Of a DNA stretch of 32,000 bases, positions 25,196-32,000 are shown one piece after another. The stretch lies in assembly GCF_001652585.1 (NCBI RefSeq), contig NZ_LWLG01000001.1:150001-182000 (forward strand), read 5' to 3'. The translations under genes and the position numbers were made by a program. The notes under the pieces were generated by a model. It was not told the origin of the DNA and did not search any database. It saw only the letters and a list, made by a program, of their open reading frames with translations. The stretch comes from Thermosulfurimonas dismutans (GTDB taxonomy: Bacteria > Desulfobacterota > Thermodesulfobacteria > Thermodesulfobacteriales > Thermodesulfobacteriaceae). How positions within the stretch are numbered: the stretch's first letter is position 1; each line of letters starts with the position of its first letter.

Positions 25196-25233
25196 AAAAT
25201 AAAAAAGGAGAGGGCCTTTGAGACCCTCTCCTC
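25196..25233 (-). terminator. rho-independent terminator after the symporter gene
   Basis: On the minus strand: GGAGAGGG, a 9-nt loop, CCCTCTCC, then TTTTTTATTTT. It lies 25 nt downstream of the symporter stop and 8 nt upstream of the folC ATG. Confidence 0.8.
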
Positions 25234-25258
25234 AAATGTTACCCCGAATCTACAAAGA

Positions 25259-27055
25259 TTACATCTCTTTGGGGTAGCGGAGTTTGAGGACCATTTCCTG
25301 GACCTCCTTGGGAGGCTCTTTGGTAAGCAACGAGACCACCGTGGTGACAATAAAGTTGATGATCATTCCGATCATGCCGATACCTTCCGGAGAAATGCCA
25401 AACCACCAGTGCGCCGGATTGTTGGCCGCAGGATTGATGAACTTAAAGTAGATAATGTAGGCAGCGGTAAAGATGATACCAGAGAGCATACCCGCAATAG
25501 CGCCCTCCTTGGTAGTCCGCCTCCAGAAGACTCCCAAGACTAGGATGGGGAAGAAGGAGGAGGCAGCCAGTCCAAAGGCGAAGGCCACCACTTGGGCCAC
25601 AAATCCAGGGGGATGGATACCAAAGTAACCCGCGATCACAACCGCAATGGCGGCTGCAATACGAGCCGCCAAAAGTTCTGTTCTCTCGGAGATCTGAGGC
25701 GCAAGCACGTTCTTCAGAAGGTCGTGAGAAAGTGCAGAAGAGATGACCAGAAGCAACCCCGCAGCCGTAGAAAGGGCCGCCGCCAAACCTCCAGCCGCCA
25801 CCAGAGCCACTACCCAGGCCGGAAGCTTGGCAATCTCAGGGTTGGCCAAAACCATAATGTCACGATCCACATAAAGCTCGTTGGGGGAATCTTTAATGAT
25901 CTCGTTTTTCACTAGGAGTTGACCGTGTTCCCCCCTCACGAAATTCCCGTTTTCATCCTTAACGAAGATCGGCTTCCCCTTGAAAGGCTTGCCCGGCCCA
26001 TATTGCATCTTACCGTCACCGTTCTTGTCCACCCAAGCCACCAAACCGGTCTTTTCCCAGTTCTTGAACCAGGAAGGCGCTTCGGCATACGACTTGCCGT
26101 GAACGGTTTTAATAAAGTTGAGCTTGGCAAAGGCTCCGACCGCCGGGGCCGTAGTATAGAGGATAGCAATAAAAAGCAAGGCCCAACCCGCGGAAGCCCG
26201 GGCATCTTTCACCTTGGGAGTAGTAAAGAAACGGATGATGATGTGAGGAAGCCCAGCGGTACCTACCATCAAGGTTAGGGTGATCGCAAAGACGTCAATT
26301 TTGGGCTTGATTCCCGAGGTAAAAGCCGGCAACCCTAGGTCTCTCTGAATTTGGTCTAACTTTTCCAAAAGAAAGCCGGGATCACTATTAAGCAAACGCT
26401 GGCCGGCCTCGCTAAGGGCCGCTCCCAGGCCGATCTGAGGGATAGGAATACCGGTAAACATCAAAGAAATGAATATTGCCGGAATAAGATAAGCGGTAAT
26501 AAGCACACAATACTGGGCTACCTGAGTATAGGTAATACCCTTCATGCCTCCGAGAACAGCGTAAAAGAACACGATGGCCATCCCAATGAGAACTCCGGTA
26601 TTAATGTCCACTTCCAAGAATCGAGAGAAGACCACACCCACACCTCGCATCTGACCGGCAACATAGACAAAGGAGACAAATATGGCACAGATAACCGCTA
26701 CCGTTCGGGCCACCTGAGAGTAGTATCGCTCACCCACAAACATGGGGACCGTGAACTTACCATACTTACGGAGATAAGGCGCAAGCAGCATGGCCAAAAG
26801 CACGTAACCTCCGGTCCATCCCATGAGATACATGGAACCGTCGCGTCCGAGGAAGGAGATCATACCGGCCATAGAAATAAAGGAAGCCGCCGACATCCAG
26901 TCCGCTCCGGTAGCCATACCATTTAATACCGGATGGACTTGCCGAGCAGCCACATAAAAGTCTCCTGTACTACGAGCTTTGGACCAGATAGCAATGCCTA
27001 TGTAGACCGAAAAAGTTATACCCACCATTATCCATGTCCAGGTCATTATGCTCAT
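25259..27055 (-). CDS. sodium:solute symporter, VC_2705/ActP-like large subunit
   Basis: 598 aa, polytopic SSF-family sequence with the long hydrophilic insertion (KNWEKTGLVAWVDKNGDGK...) seen in the subfamily that pairs with DUF4212. Confidence 0.88.
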   Translation of the reverse strand: MSIMTWTWIMVGITFSVYIGIAIWSKARSTGDFYVAARQVHPVLNGMATGADWMSAASFISMAGMISFLGRDGSMYLMGWTGGYVLLAMLLAPYLRKYGKFTVPMFVGERYYSQVARTVAVICAIFVSFVYVAGQMRGVGVVFSRFLEVDINTGVLIGMAIVFFYAVLGGMKGITYTQVAQYCVLITAYLIPAIFISLMFTGIPIPQIGLGAALSEAGQRLLNSDPGFLLEKLDQIQRDLGLPAFTSGIKPKIDVFAITLTLMVGTAGLPHIIIRFFTTPKVKDARASAGWALLFIAILYTTAPAVGAFAKLNFIKTVHGKSYAEAPSWFKNWEKTGLVAWVDKNGDGKMQYGPGKPFKGKPIFVKDENGNFVRGEHGQLLVKNEIIKDSPNELYVDRDIMVLANPEIAKLPAWVVALVAAGGLAAALSTAAGLLLVISSALSHDLLKNVLAPQISERTELLAARIAAAIAVVIAGYFGIHPPGFVAQVVAFAFGLAASSFFPILVLGVFWRRTTKEGAIAGMLSGIIFTAAYIIYFKFINPAANNPAHWWFGISPEGIGMIGMIINFIVTTVVSLLTKEPPKEVQEMVLKLRYPKEM

Positions 27056-27071
27056 GATCCACCTCCATCAA

Positions 27072-27335
27072 CTAAATTTCAGCTACACCAAACTCTTTAT
27101 CAAGTTTATTCATCAACTTGACGTAAACAGCTATCAAGACCACAAAGATCATCTCAGAACCCTGACAAGCAAACCAAAAACCCAAAGGATAACCACCAAG
27201 TTTAATTTTATCTAAAACGTCAACAAAAATAATACCACAAAGGTACGAAACCGTAAACCAAATAGCCAACAACACCACAATGTACTTCAAATTTTTTCGC
27301 CAATAACTTTGCATTTGCTCTTTAGACAAGCTCAT
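27072..27335 (-). CDS. DUF4212 small membrane subunit of the sodium:solute symporter
   Basis: 87 aa with two TM helices. Pattern YWRKN...WF.VS...GYPLGFWFACQGS...MNKLD. Located immediately upstream of the SSF gene, with an AGGAGGAGG ribosome-binding site. Confidence 0.85.
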   Translation of the reverse strand: MSLSKEQMQSYWRKNLKYIVVLLAIWFTVSYLCGIIFVDVLDKIKLGGYPLGFWFACQGSEMIFVVLIAVYVKLMNKLDKEFGVAEI

Positions 27336-27389
27336 CTCACACCTCCTCCTAAAATATTTTCAACTAAAATACTTACACCAAAAGTTTAC

Positions 27390-28044
27390 TCATATATCAC
27401 CCCCTTTCTTAGAAATACAGACTAAATCTCCAAGAGTTGTTATGCCATAACCTTGCAGTTGCCATATTTGTCTCTGAAAAATTTGAGCAGTAATGTAAGC
27501 ATCATATAAAGCATTATGCAAGGTCTTCACCTCAATGCCATATTTATTAGCCATGTCTTCTAAAGATACCCTTTCATTCACAGGACTATAAAAAGCATCT
27601 GTCATTAGACTTTTTTTTAAGCCATTGATAAACCCTATAGACATCCACACTAGTTACCCGAGGAAACATTAAGTTGAATTTTCTGAAATACTTTTTGATA
27701 AAAGTCAAGTCTATCTTTGTATGATAGCCTACAAGCACACTATCTTTTATGAATTCTAAAAATTCTGGCAAAATTTTGGATATCTCCGGGGAATCTTCTA
27801 TCTCAGAGGGCAAAATTTTATGAATAGCTACGGTCTCCTTGGAAAAACGCGAGACATAAACCTCGCGATAAAATATTTCCCCCAAAAGGATTTGAGAACC
27901 TCTCATCTTAATGGCCCCAAGCGACAAAAGTTCATCTCTTTTGACGTCAAGTCCGGTCAATTCTGTATCCAATACCACAAAAAAACAATCCTTTATGGCT
28001 TTAGACTTGGCAGAATCCCTAAATCTTTCCAGAAATTTCAACAT
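27390..28044 (-). pseudogene. DEDDh 3'-5' exonuclease (DnaQ/epsilon-like), split by a frameshift in an A8 run (ORFs 27586..28044 and 27390..27650)
   Basis: The upstream ORF carries Exo I (VVLDTELTGL) and Exo II (GYHTKIDLTF). The downstream ORF carries Exo III (HNALYDAYITAQIF). Removing one A from the A8 run (T8 on the plus strand, 27611-27618) gives the continuous reading ...YQWLKKSLMTDAFYSPV... Confidence 0.8.
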
Positions 28045-28046
28045 TT

Positions 28047-29627
28047 TTACATCAAACGCCCCAAGAAATATTTGTGTTCAATTAAATCTTGGATATGACT
28101 AATGAGGCTACAAACCTCTTTAAAAAACTTCTTTTCCAAGTTACTCAAATGGTTGGGATTAATATAATTATCTGGTTGCTTACCTTTTAATATTTGTTCA
28201 TATTGATGGTGAATCCTAAGAGACATTAGGAACTGGAATGCTTCTGCCAATTCTTCGGCATAGTCTTTCATCAAGGAATGGATATCCTTGAGTCTCTCAA
28301 GTCTATCCAAAGTAGAAGTCTCTCCTATCGGAACCTCCAAAGCAGCCAGCCTTACAATGTTCACTATAGGAGCCAGACATCGATATTTCAGATTAAGTTC
28401 GTTTTTATGTTCACCGCTCTTTTCAACCACGAAAGTCCTAAAAAAGCCCAAAGGAGGCTTAAACTGCACGGTAAGCTTGGCCATATGTAGGAGAAAAATA
28501 TCTTTCTTCTGAACTTCTTTTAACAAAAAGCTTCTCAATTTCTCCGCTAGAGACAAATCACCATAGAGGCCTCTAAAGTCAAACAAAATTACAGATCTTA
28601 GAATAGCCTCAGGAGTAGGAGTATTGATCCACTTACGAAAGTAATCTTTCCAAGTCTTAAGAGGTTGGCACCATTGAGGATTACTCGCCATATAATTCCC
28701 ACGACACCGGGCAAAACCACATCTAACCAAGGCTTCGACCACAAATTCGGAAAACTCCTTGAAATACCTTGCGCATTCTTTGGCCTCTTCCGAAGAAGAA
28801 GGATCGAGATAAACCAGCCCGTTGTCCTGATCGGTGGTAAAGGTTTGCTCCCGGCGACCTTCTGAACCATAAACGAGCCAACAAAAAGGCACTGGCGCCG
28901 GTCCCAGTTGATTTTGTGCAATATCAATCACACGGCAGATGATACTATCGTTTATTTCGGTAATTATGCGCAAAATGTTTCTAACGGGTACTTCTTCCTT
29001 TATCAGGAGCCCGATAAAAGGAATCACCTTCTGGGATACCTTAGAAAGCCCTTCTATCGTCTCTTGATTTTGGATCTCCTGGGCGATAGCCAAAGGCGAG
29101 ATCCCCTGAAGAAGCAACAAATCGTGATTGGTTAGCATGCCACAGAGCCTGCCATCCTGTACCACCGGCAAGTGATGAATACGATTTTTTATCATAGTCG
29201 TTATCGCCTCAAAGGCGTACCGATCAGCCTCTACCGTAATAAGAGGGGCGTTCATAATCTCTCTAACAGGCCTTGATATCGGCCTTCCCGAAGCCACCAC
29301 CTTCTCTCGCAAATCCCTATCGGTAATGATACCCACCGGCACCCCATTATCATCCACGACAATAAGAGAACCTATCCTCCTCTCAGCCATAAGTGAGGCC
29401 GCTTCTTGGATGGACACCTCCTCCTTTATGGTATGCACCTCTTTACTGGCGATATCTTTTATCTGCGTAGTAAATAGCGCCCTCTCAAGCCCGGTCTTTA
29501 TCTCCGAACTCTTAAGACGCTCCTTCACAATACGATCTAGGTACTTAGAAATGTGCTTCTTGAGAAAAAATTCACTAAAAAGACCTTTTTGGTCCAGCAA
29601 TTCCACAACTTTATCTTTAGGAAGCAA
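28047..29627 (-). CDS. CBS-pair plus DUF294 nucleotidyltransferase plus DUF294_C protein (C-terminal part of a normally fused cNMP-CBS-NTase protein)
   Basis: 526 aa. Two CBS motifs are followed by a pol-beta-type NTase motif GSEGRREQTFTTDQDNGLVY and a helical substrate-binding C-terminal domain. It begins at a TTG immediately after an in-frame TAG. Confidence 0.8.
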   Translation of the reverse strand: MLPKDKVVELLDQKGLFSEFFLKKHISKYLDRIVKERLKSSEIKTGLERALFTTQIKDIASKEVHTIKEEVSIQEAASLMAERRIGSLIVVDDNGVPVGIITDRDLREKVVASGRPISRPVREIMNAPLITVEADRYAFEAITTMIKNRIHHLPVVQDGRLCGMLTNHDLLLLQGISPLAIAQEIQNQETIEGLSKVSQKVIPFIGLLIKEEVPVRNILRIITEINDSIICRVIDIAQNQLGPAPVPFCWLVYGSEGRREQTFTTDQDNGLVYLDPSSSEEAKECARYFKEFSEFVVEALVRCGFARCRGNYMASNPQWCQPLKTWKDYFRKWINTPTPEAILRSVILFDFRGLYGDLSLAEKLRSFLLKEVQKKDIFLLHMAKLTVQFKPPLGFFRTFVVEKSGEHKNELNLKYRCLAPIVNIVRLAALEVPIGETSTLDRLERLKDIHSLMKDYAEELAEAFQFLMSLRIHHQYEQILKGKQPDNYINPNHLSNLEKKFFKEVCSLISHIQDLIEHKYFLGRLM

Positions 29628-29951
29628 CTAGCAAAGGGTGTCCTCGAGAGTTTTGACCGTTGTTTGCTGTTGTCCTTCAATCAAAGACCACAAACCAAAG
29701 GTCTCGCCCTCGCCCCTCATATCTACCAACATTTCTTCGCCATTTTCCCCTCTCAAAGTGATTTTTACGGCCCCCTTCTTGATTAAATAAAGAAATTCGC
29801 TACTTTTACCCCCTTCTTCCAAAATTACAGTACCTTTTGGATAAAATTCTAAACGAAGATATGGAATGATCCCATAGAGGGTCTCTTCGTCCAAAAACTG
29901 AAAAGGCGGAACTTTTTTCAAAAATTCTTTGGCTTCGTCATAGACTATCAT
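29628..29951 (-). CDS. cyclic-nucleotide-binding (CAP-effector-like) domain fragment, ended by an in-frame TAG
   Basis: cNMP-binding beta-barrel pattern (FPKGTVILEEGG...LYLIKKGAVKI...GETFG). It ends ...TLEDTLC*, in frame and contiguous with the next ORF. I prefer the ATG at 29951 over the TTG at 29990, with uncertainty. Confidence 0.7.
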   Translation of the reverse strand: MIVYDEAKEFLKKVPPFQFLDEETLYGIIPYLRLEFYPKGTVILEEGGKSSEFLYLIKKGAVKITLRGENGEEMLVDMRGEGETFGLWSLIEGQQQTTVKTLEDTLC

Positions 29952-30015
29952 CGTGGTGGTTTTATTTCTCTTTTTTGGAGCACTTGTCAAGTTTGTGAAA
30001 TTTCGGCCAAAGGAC

Positions 30016-30044
30016 TTGCCAAAATGAACCTTCGCTGCTATAAA
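30016..30044 (+). promoter_or_regulatory. candidate sigma70-type promoter for the isochorismatase-porin genes
   Basis: TTGCCA (30016-30021), a 17-nt spacer, then TATAAA (30039-30044), about 55 nt upstream of the ATG at 30099. Confidence 0.35.
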
Positions 30045-30098
30045 GGCCTTGGCCTTTTCAGCAACTATAACTTAAAATTTTTTTAAAAAGGGAGTATC

Positions 30099-30650
30099 AT
30101 GTTCATCAAACCTCAAGACAGTTTCTTGATGGTTATAGACCCTCAAGAAAGGCTTTTAAACGCCATTTATCAACCAGAAAGGGTTGTTAAGAATATTATT
30201 CTCCTTATCAAGGCTTCTCAGGAATTCGGAGTTCCTGTTGTACCTACCACTCAATACCGCAAAGGACTGGGAGATTATCTTCCAGAAATAAAAGATGCTT
30301 TAGGAGAAATTGAACCTCTGGACAAAATCGAATTCAGTGCCTTTAAAAACCAGGTTATTGCAGAAGAAGTCCAAAGGCTTTCTCGGCAAACTGTAATTCT
30401 TTGTGGGGTAGAAACACATATTTGCGTATATCAAACCGCTCTTTCAGCCTTAGAAAAAGGCTTTCGGGTAGTTGTGGTTGGAGATGCCACTTCCTCACGC
30501 TCGCCAGAGAATATCTCTTATGGTTTATCTCGAATGCGTGAGTTAGGAGTGGCGGTAGTTTCCACCGAAATGTTGATCTACGAATGGCTAGAAAAGGCCG
30601 GGACACCGGCCTTTAAAGCGCTTTTACCTTATTTCAAAAATAAAAACTAA
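30099..30650 (+). CDS. isochorismatase-family cysteine hydrolase
   Basis: 183 aa. Family pattern with the catalytic Cys context VILCGVETHICV and the downstream VVVGDATSS. Confidence 0.8.
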   Translation: MFIKPQDSFLMVIDPQERLLNAIYQPERVVKNIILLIKASQEFGVPVVPTTQYRKGLGDYLPEIKDALGEIEPLDKIEFSAFKNQVIAEEVQRLSRQTVILCGVETHICVYQTALSALEKGFRVVVVGDATSSRSPENISYGLSRMRELGVAVVSTEMLIYEWLEKAGTPAFKALLPYFKNKN

Positions 30651-30663
30651 AAAGGAGGGTGTC

Positions 30664-31962
30664 ATGAAAGGGCTTTTGGGCAAGCTTTCGGCGATTTTTC
30701 TGCTGTGTTTGTTGTGGATAGCCCCGGTTTGGGCGACTGAGGATGTGGAGGCTCTTAAGGCCCAAATTGAGCTTCTTAAGCGCCAGATGGTTGAGATGCA
30801 GGCCGCCATGCAGGCCCAGATAGAGGCCCTGCAAAAAAAGCTTGAAGAAGTTCAGGCGAAACAGGCAGTAGCTCCTGCGCCTAAAAAGGCCAACGTGGTC
30901 TTAAGCAAACCGGGGATCCAATGGAAACTTTATGGTCGTGTAAAAGCTGATTTCAACTATGACACCGCTAAGTTTAAATATTACAACGACTTTCTGGGAG
31001 CGGTGGCCAATAGAGTCACCAATCCGGACTACCAAAACGATTCTACCAACTTCAATCCCCGAGACACCCGTTTTGGTTTTTGGGCTACCTACAAGGAAGA
31101 TCAGTGGTTGATCAAGGGACGGTTTGAAATCGACTTTTACGGTGACAATAATGGCAACAATCTTATTCCCAGAATGCGCCTGGCCTATGCGGACATCTTG
31201 AACACCAATACCAACACCAGCCTGCGTATCGGGCAGGACTGGATACCGGTGGCCCAGCTCAACCCCAGCACGGTGGACTTTGGTATCCTTTCGGCGGCGG
31301 GTAACCTCTGGTGGCGCGTGCCTCAGATCACCTTGCGGCAAAAGGCCTTTAACAACTTCGAATTCCTGGCCTCGCTCATGAAACACCGTCGTACAGACAC
31401 CGCCAGTGAGGACCGTATGCCCTGGGTCTTGGCCCGGATCGCTTACACTGGCGGCATCCTTGGTGGTAAAAACATGATCGCCATCGGCGGTGGCTATCGC
31501 CATGCAGATTATGGTTCCGCCAATTCAGAAAATACGGATCGCTATCTAGTGGTAGGAGAGTGGAAATTCGCCTTCCTGGAGAACAAGGTTATCTTCAAGG
31601 GTGAAGCCTGGTGGGGTAAAGGAGTAGGACGAGACTTCCTGCGTTACGATCTGGATATGGCCCAGGATGGTAGTCCGGCTGAGGCCTACGGTGGCTGGGT
31701 TGACGTAACCTGGAAATTTGCCCCCAGGTGGTCTCTCACTGTGGGCGCTGGCTTCGACAACCCCAATGACAGCGACATGCCGGCTATAGAAGCGATGAAC
31801 GAGCGGCAGTTCACTAAAAATACCCAGTATTATGCCAATGTTTGGTACAAGCTCACCAACCCCCTAAGCCTAGGCTTTGAGGTCGTACACGTAGAAACCG
31901 AAAGATACGATGTCACCGATACTGGGAATAGGTTCACCTTCTCTATGAAGTATGATTTCTAA
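30664..31962 (+). CDS. outer-membrane beta-barrel porin with N-terminal coiled coil (DcaP-like)
   Basis: Signal peptide ...APVWA/TED. A heptad-like Q/E/L-rich segment (ALKAQIELLKRQMVEMQAAMQAQIEALQKKLEEVQ) is followed by alternating amphipathic strands. The C-terminal ...FTFSMKYDF is a terminal-Phe OMP signature. Confidence 0.6.
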   Translation: MKGLLGKLSAIFLLCLLWIAPVWATEDVEALKAQIELLKRQMVEMQAAMQAQIEALQKKLEEVQAKQAVAPAPKKANVVLSKPGIQWKLYGRVKADFNYDTAKFKYYNDFLGAVANRVTNPDYQNDSTNFNPRDTRFGFWATYKEDQWLIKGRFEIDFYGDNNGNNLIPRMRLAYADILNTNTNTSLRIGQDWIPVAQLNPSTVDFGILSAAGNLWWRVPQITLRQKAFNNFEFLASLMKHRRTDTASEDRMPWVLARIAYTGGILGGKNMIAIGGGYRHADYGSANSENTDRYLVVGEWKFAFLENKVIFKGEAWWGKGVGRDFLRYDLDMAQDGSPAEAYGGWVDVTWKFAPRWSLTVGAGFDNPNDSDMPAIEAMNERQFTKNTQYYANVWYKLTNPLSLGFEVVHVETERYDVTDTGNRFTFSMKYDF

Positions 31963-31988
31963 CAAAATCTTGGTAAAGGAGGTGCGTC

Positions 31989-32000
31989 ATGGGTGAGTCG
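31989..32000 (+). CDS. start of an unidentified downstream ORF (truncated by the window edge)
   Basis: The ATG at 31989 is preceded by AAAGGAGGTG. Only 4 codons are visible. Confidence 0.3.

Noticed and set aside
25188-25235. N-terminally extended ORF-track starts: folC 25235, ACAD 8180, SDR 13099, glyA 2462, SlyD-like 18792 and the cNMP fragment 29990.
   Set aside because: The extensions begin at TTG or GTG or at an upstream ATG without a ribosome-binding site. They either translate a terminator hairpin (folC) or contain the Shine-Dalgarno sequence of a better internal ATG.
29628-29630. The in-frame TAG considered as a pyrrolysine codon or programmed read-through site.
   Set aside because: No pyl genes or PYLIS-like context are visible in the window. 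A simple Tyr-codon-to-TAG nonsense change, or reinitiation at the adjacent TTG, explains it more economically. It cannot be excluded without the whole genome.
1-32000. A scan for CRISPR arrays, IS elements or transposases, integrases, toxin-antitoxin pairs and known defence-system genes.
   Set aside because: I saw no regularly spaced direct repeats, no terminal inverted repeats flanking an ORF, and no ORF with transposase, integrase or defence-associated motifs.

Overview
This is a gene-dense bacterial chromosomal window. Most genes are on the minus strand, and many stop/start junctions abut or overlap, which suggests translational coupling. The amino-acid composition (rich in E, K, R) looks thermophile-like. 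A coiled-coil outer-membrane porin, a periplasmic di-haem peroxidase and tRNA-Sec suggest a diderm, selenoprotein-using, probably anaerobic organism; this lineage guess is inference only.

Genes read from left to right:
- tRNA-Gln.
- A minus-strand run of acyl-CoA dehydrogenase, etfB, etfA, fabG, acpP, fabF, rpiB, glyA and a long dCMP-deaminase.
- A TauE-family permease and a class II aldolase on the plus strand.
- An SDR epimerase-family gene, 6-phosphofructokinase and a PsiE-like gene on the minus strand.
- A frameshifted COG0701-type metal permease.
- A tightly coupled minus-strand cluster: SlyD-like FKBP, OppD-like, OppF-like, RtcA, and an archaeal-type Rnl3 RNA ligase.
- A peroxiredoxin and a di-haem cytochrome c peroxidase, each followed by a clean terminator.
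- SRP (4.5S) RNA followed 7 nt later by tRNA-Sec.
- folC, a radical SAM gene and a tandem HD/HD-GYP gene.
- A DUF4212 plus VC_2705-type sodium:solute symporter pair, preceded by an AT-richer regulatory-looking pair (cNMP-CBS-DUF294 nucleotidyltransferase plus DEDDh exonuclease). Both genes of that pair are interrupted.
- An isochorismatase-family hydrolase and a porin.

I found no CRISPR array, transposase, integrase or obvious repeat family.

The most interesting items are:
- the RtcA-Rnl3 pairing inside a five-gene coupled cluster;
- the folC / radical SAM / HD-GYP unit;
- the disrupted nucleotidyltransferase/exonuclease module;
- the ffs-selC tandem;
- three gene disruptions, two of them at homopolymer runs.
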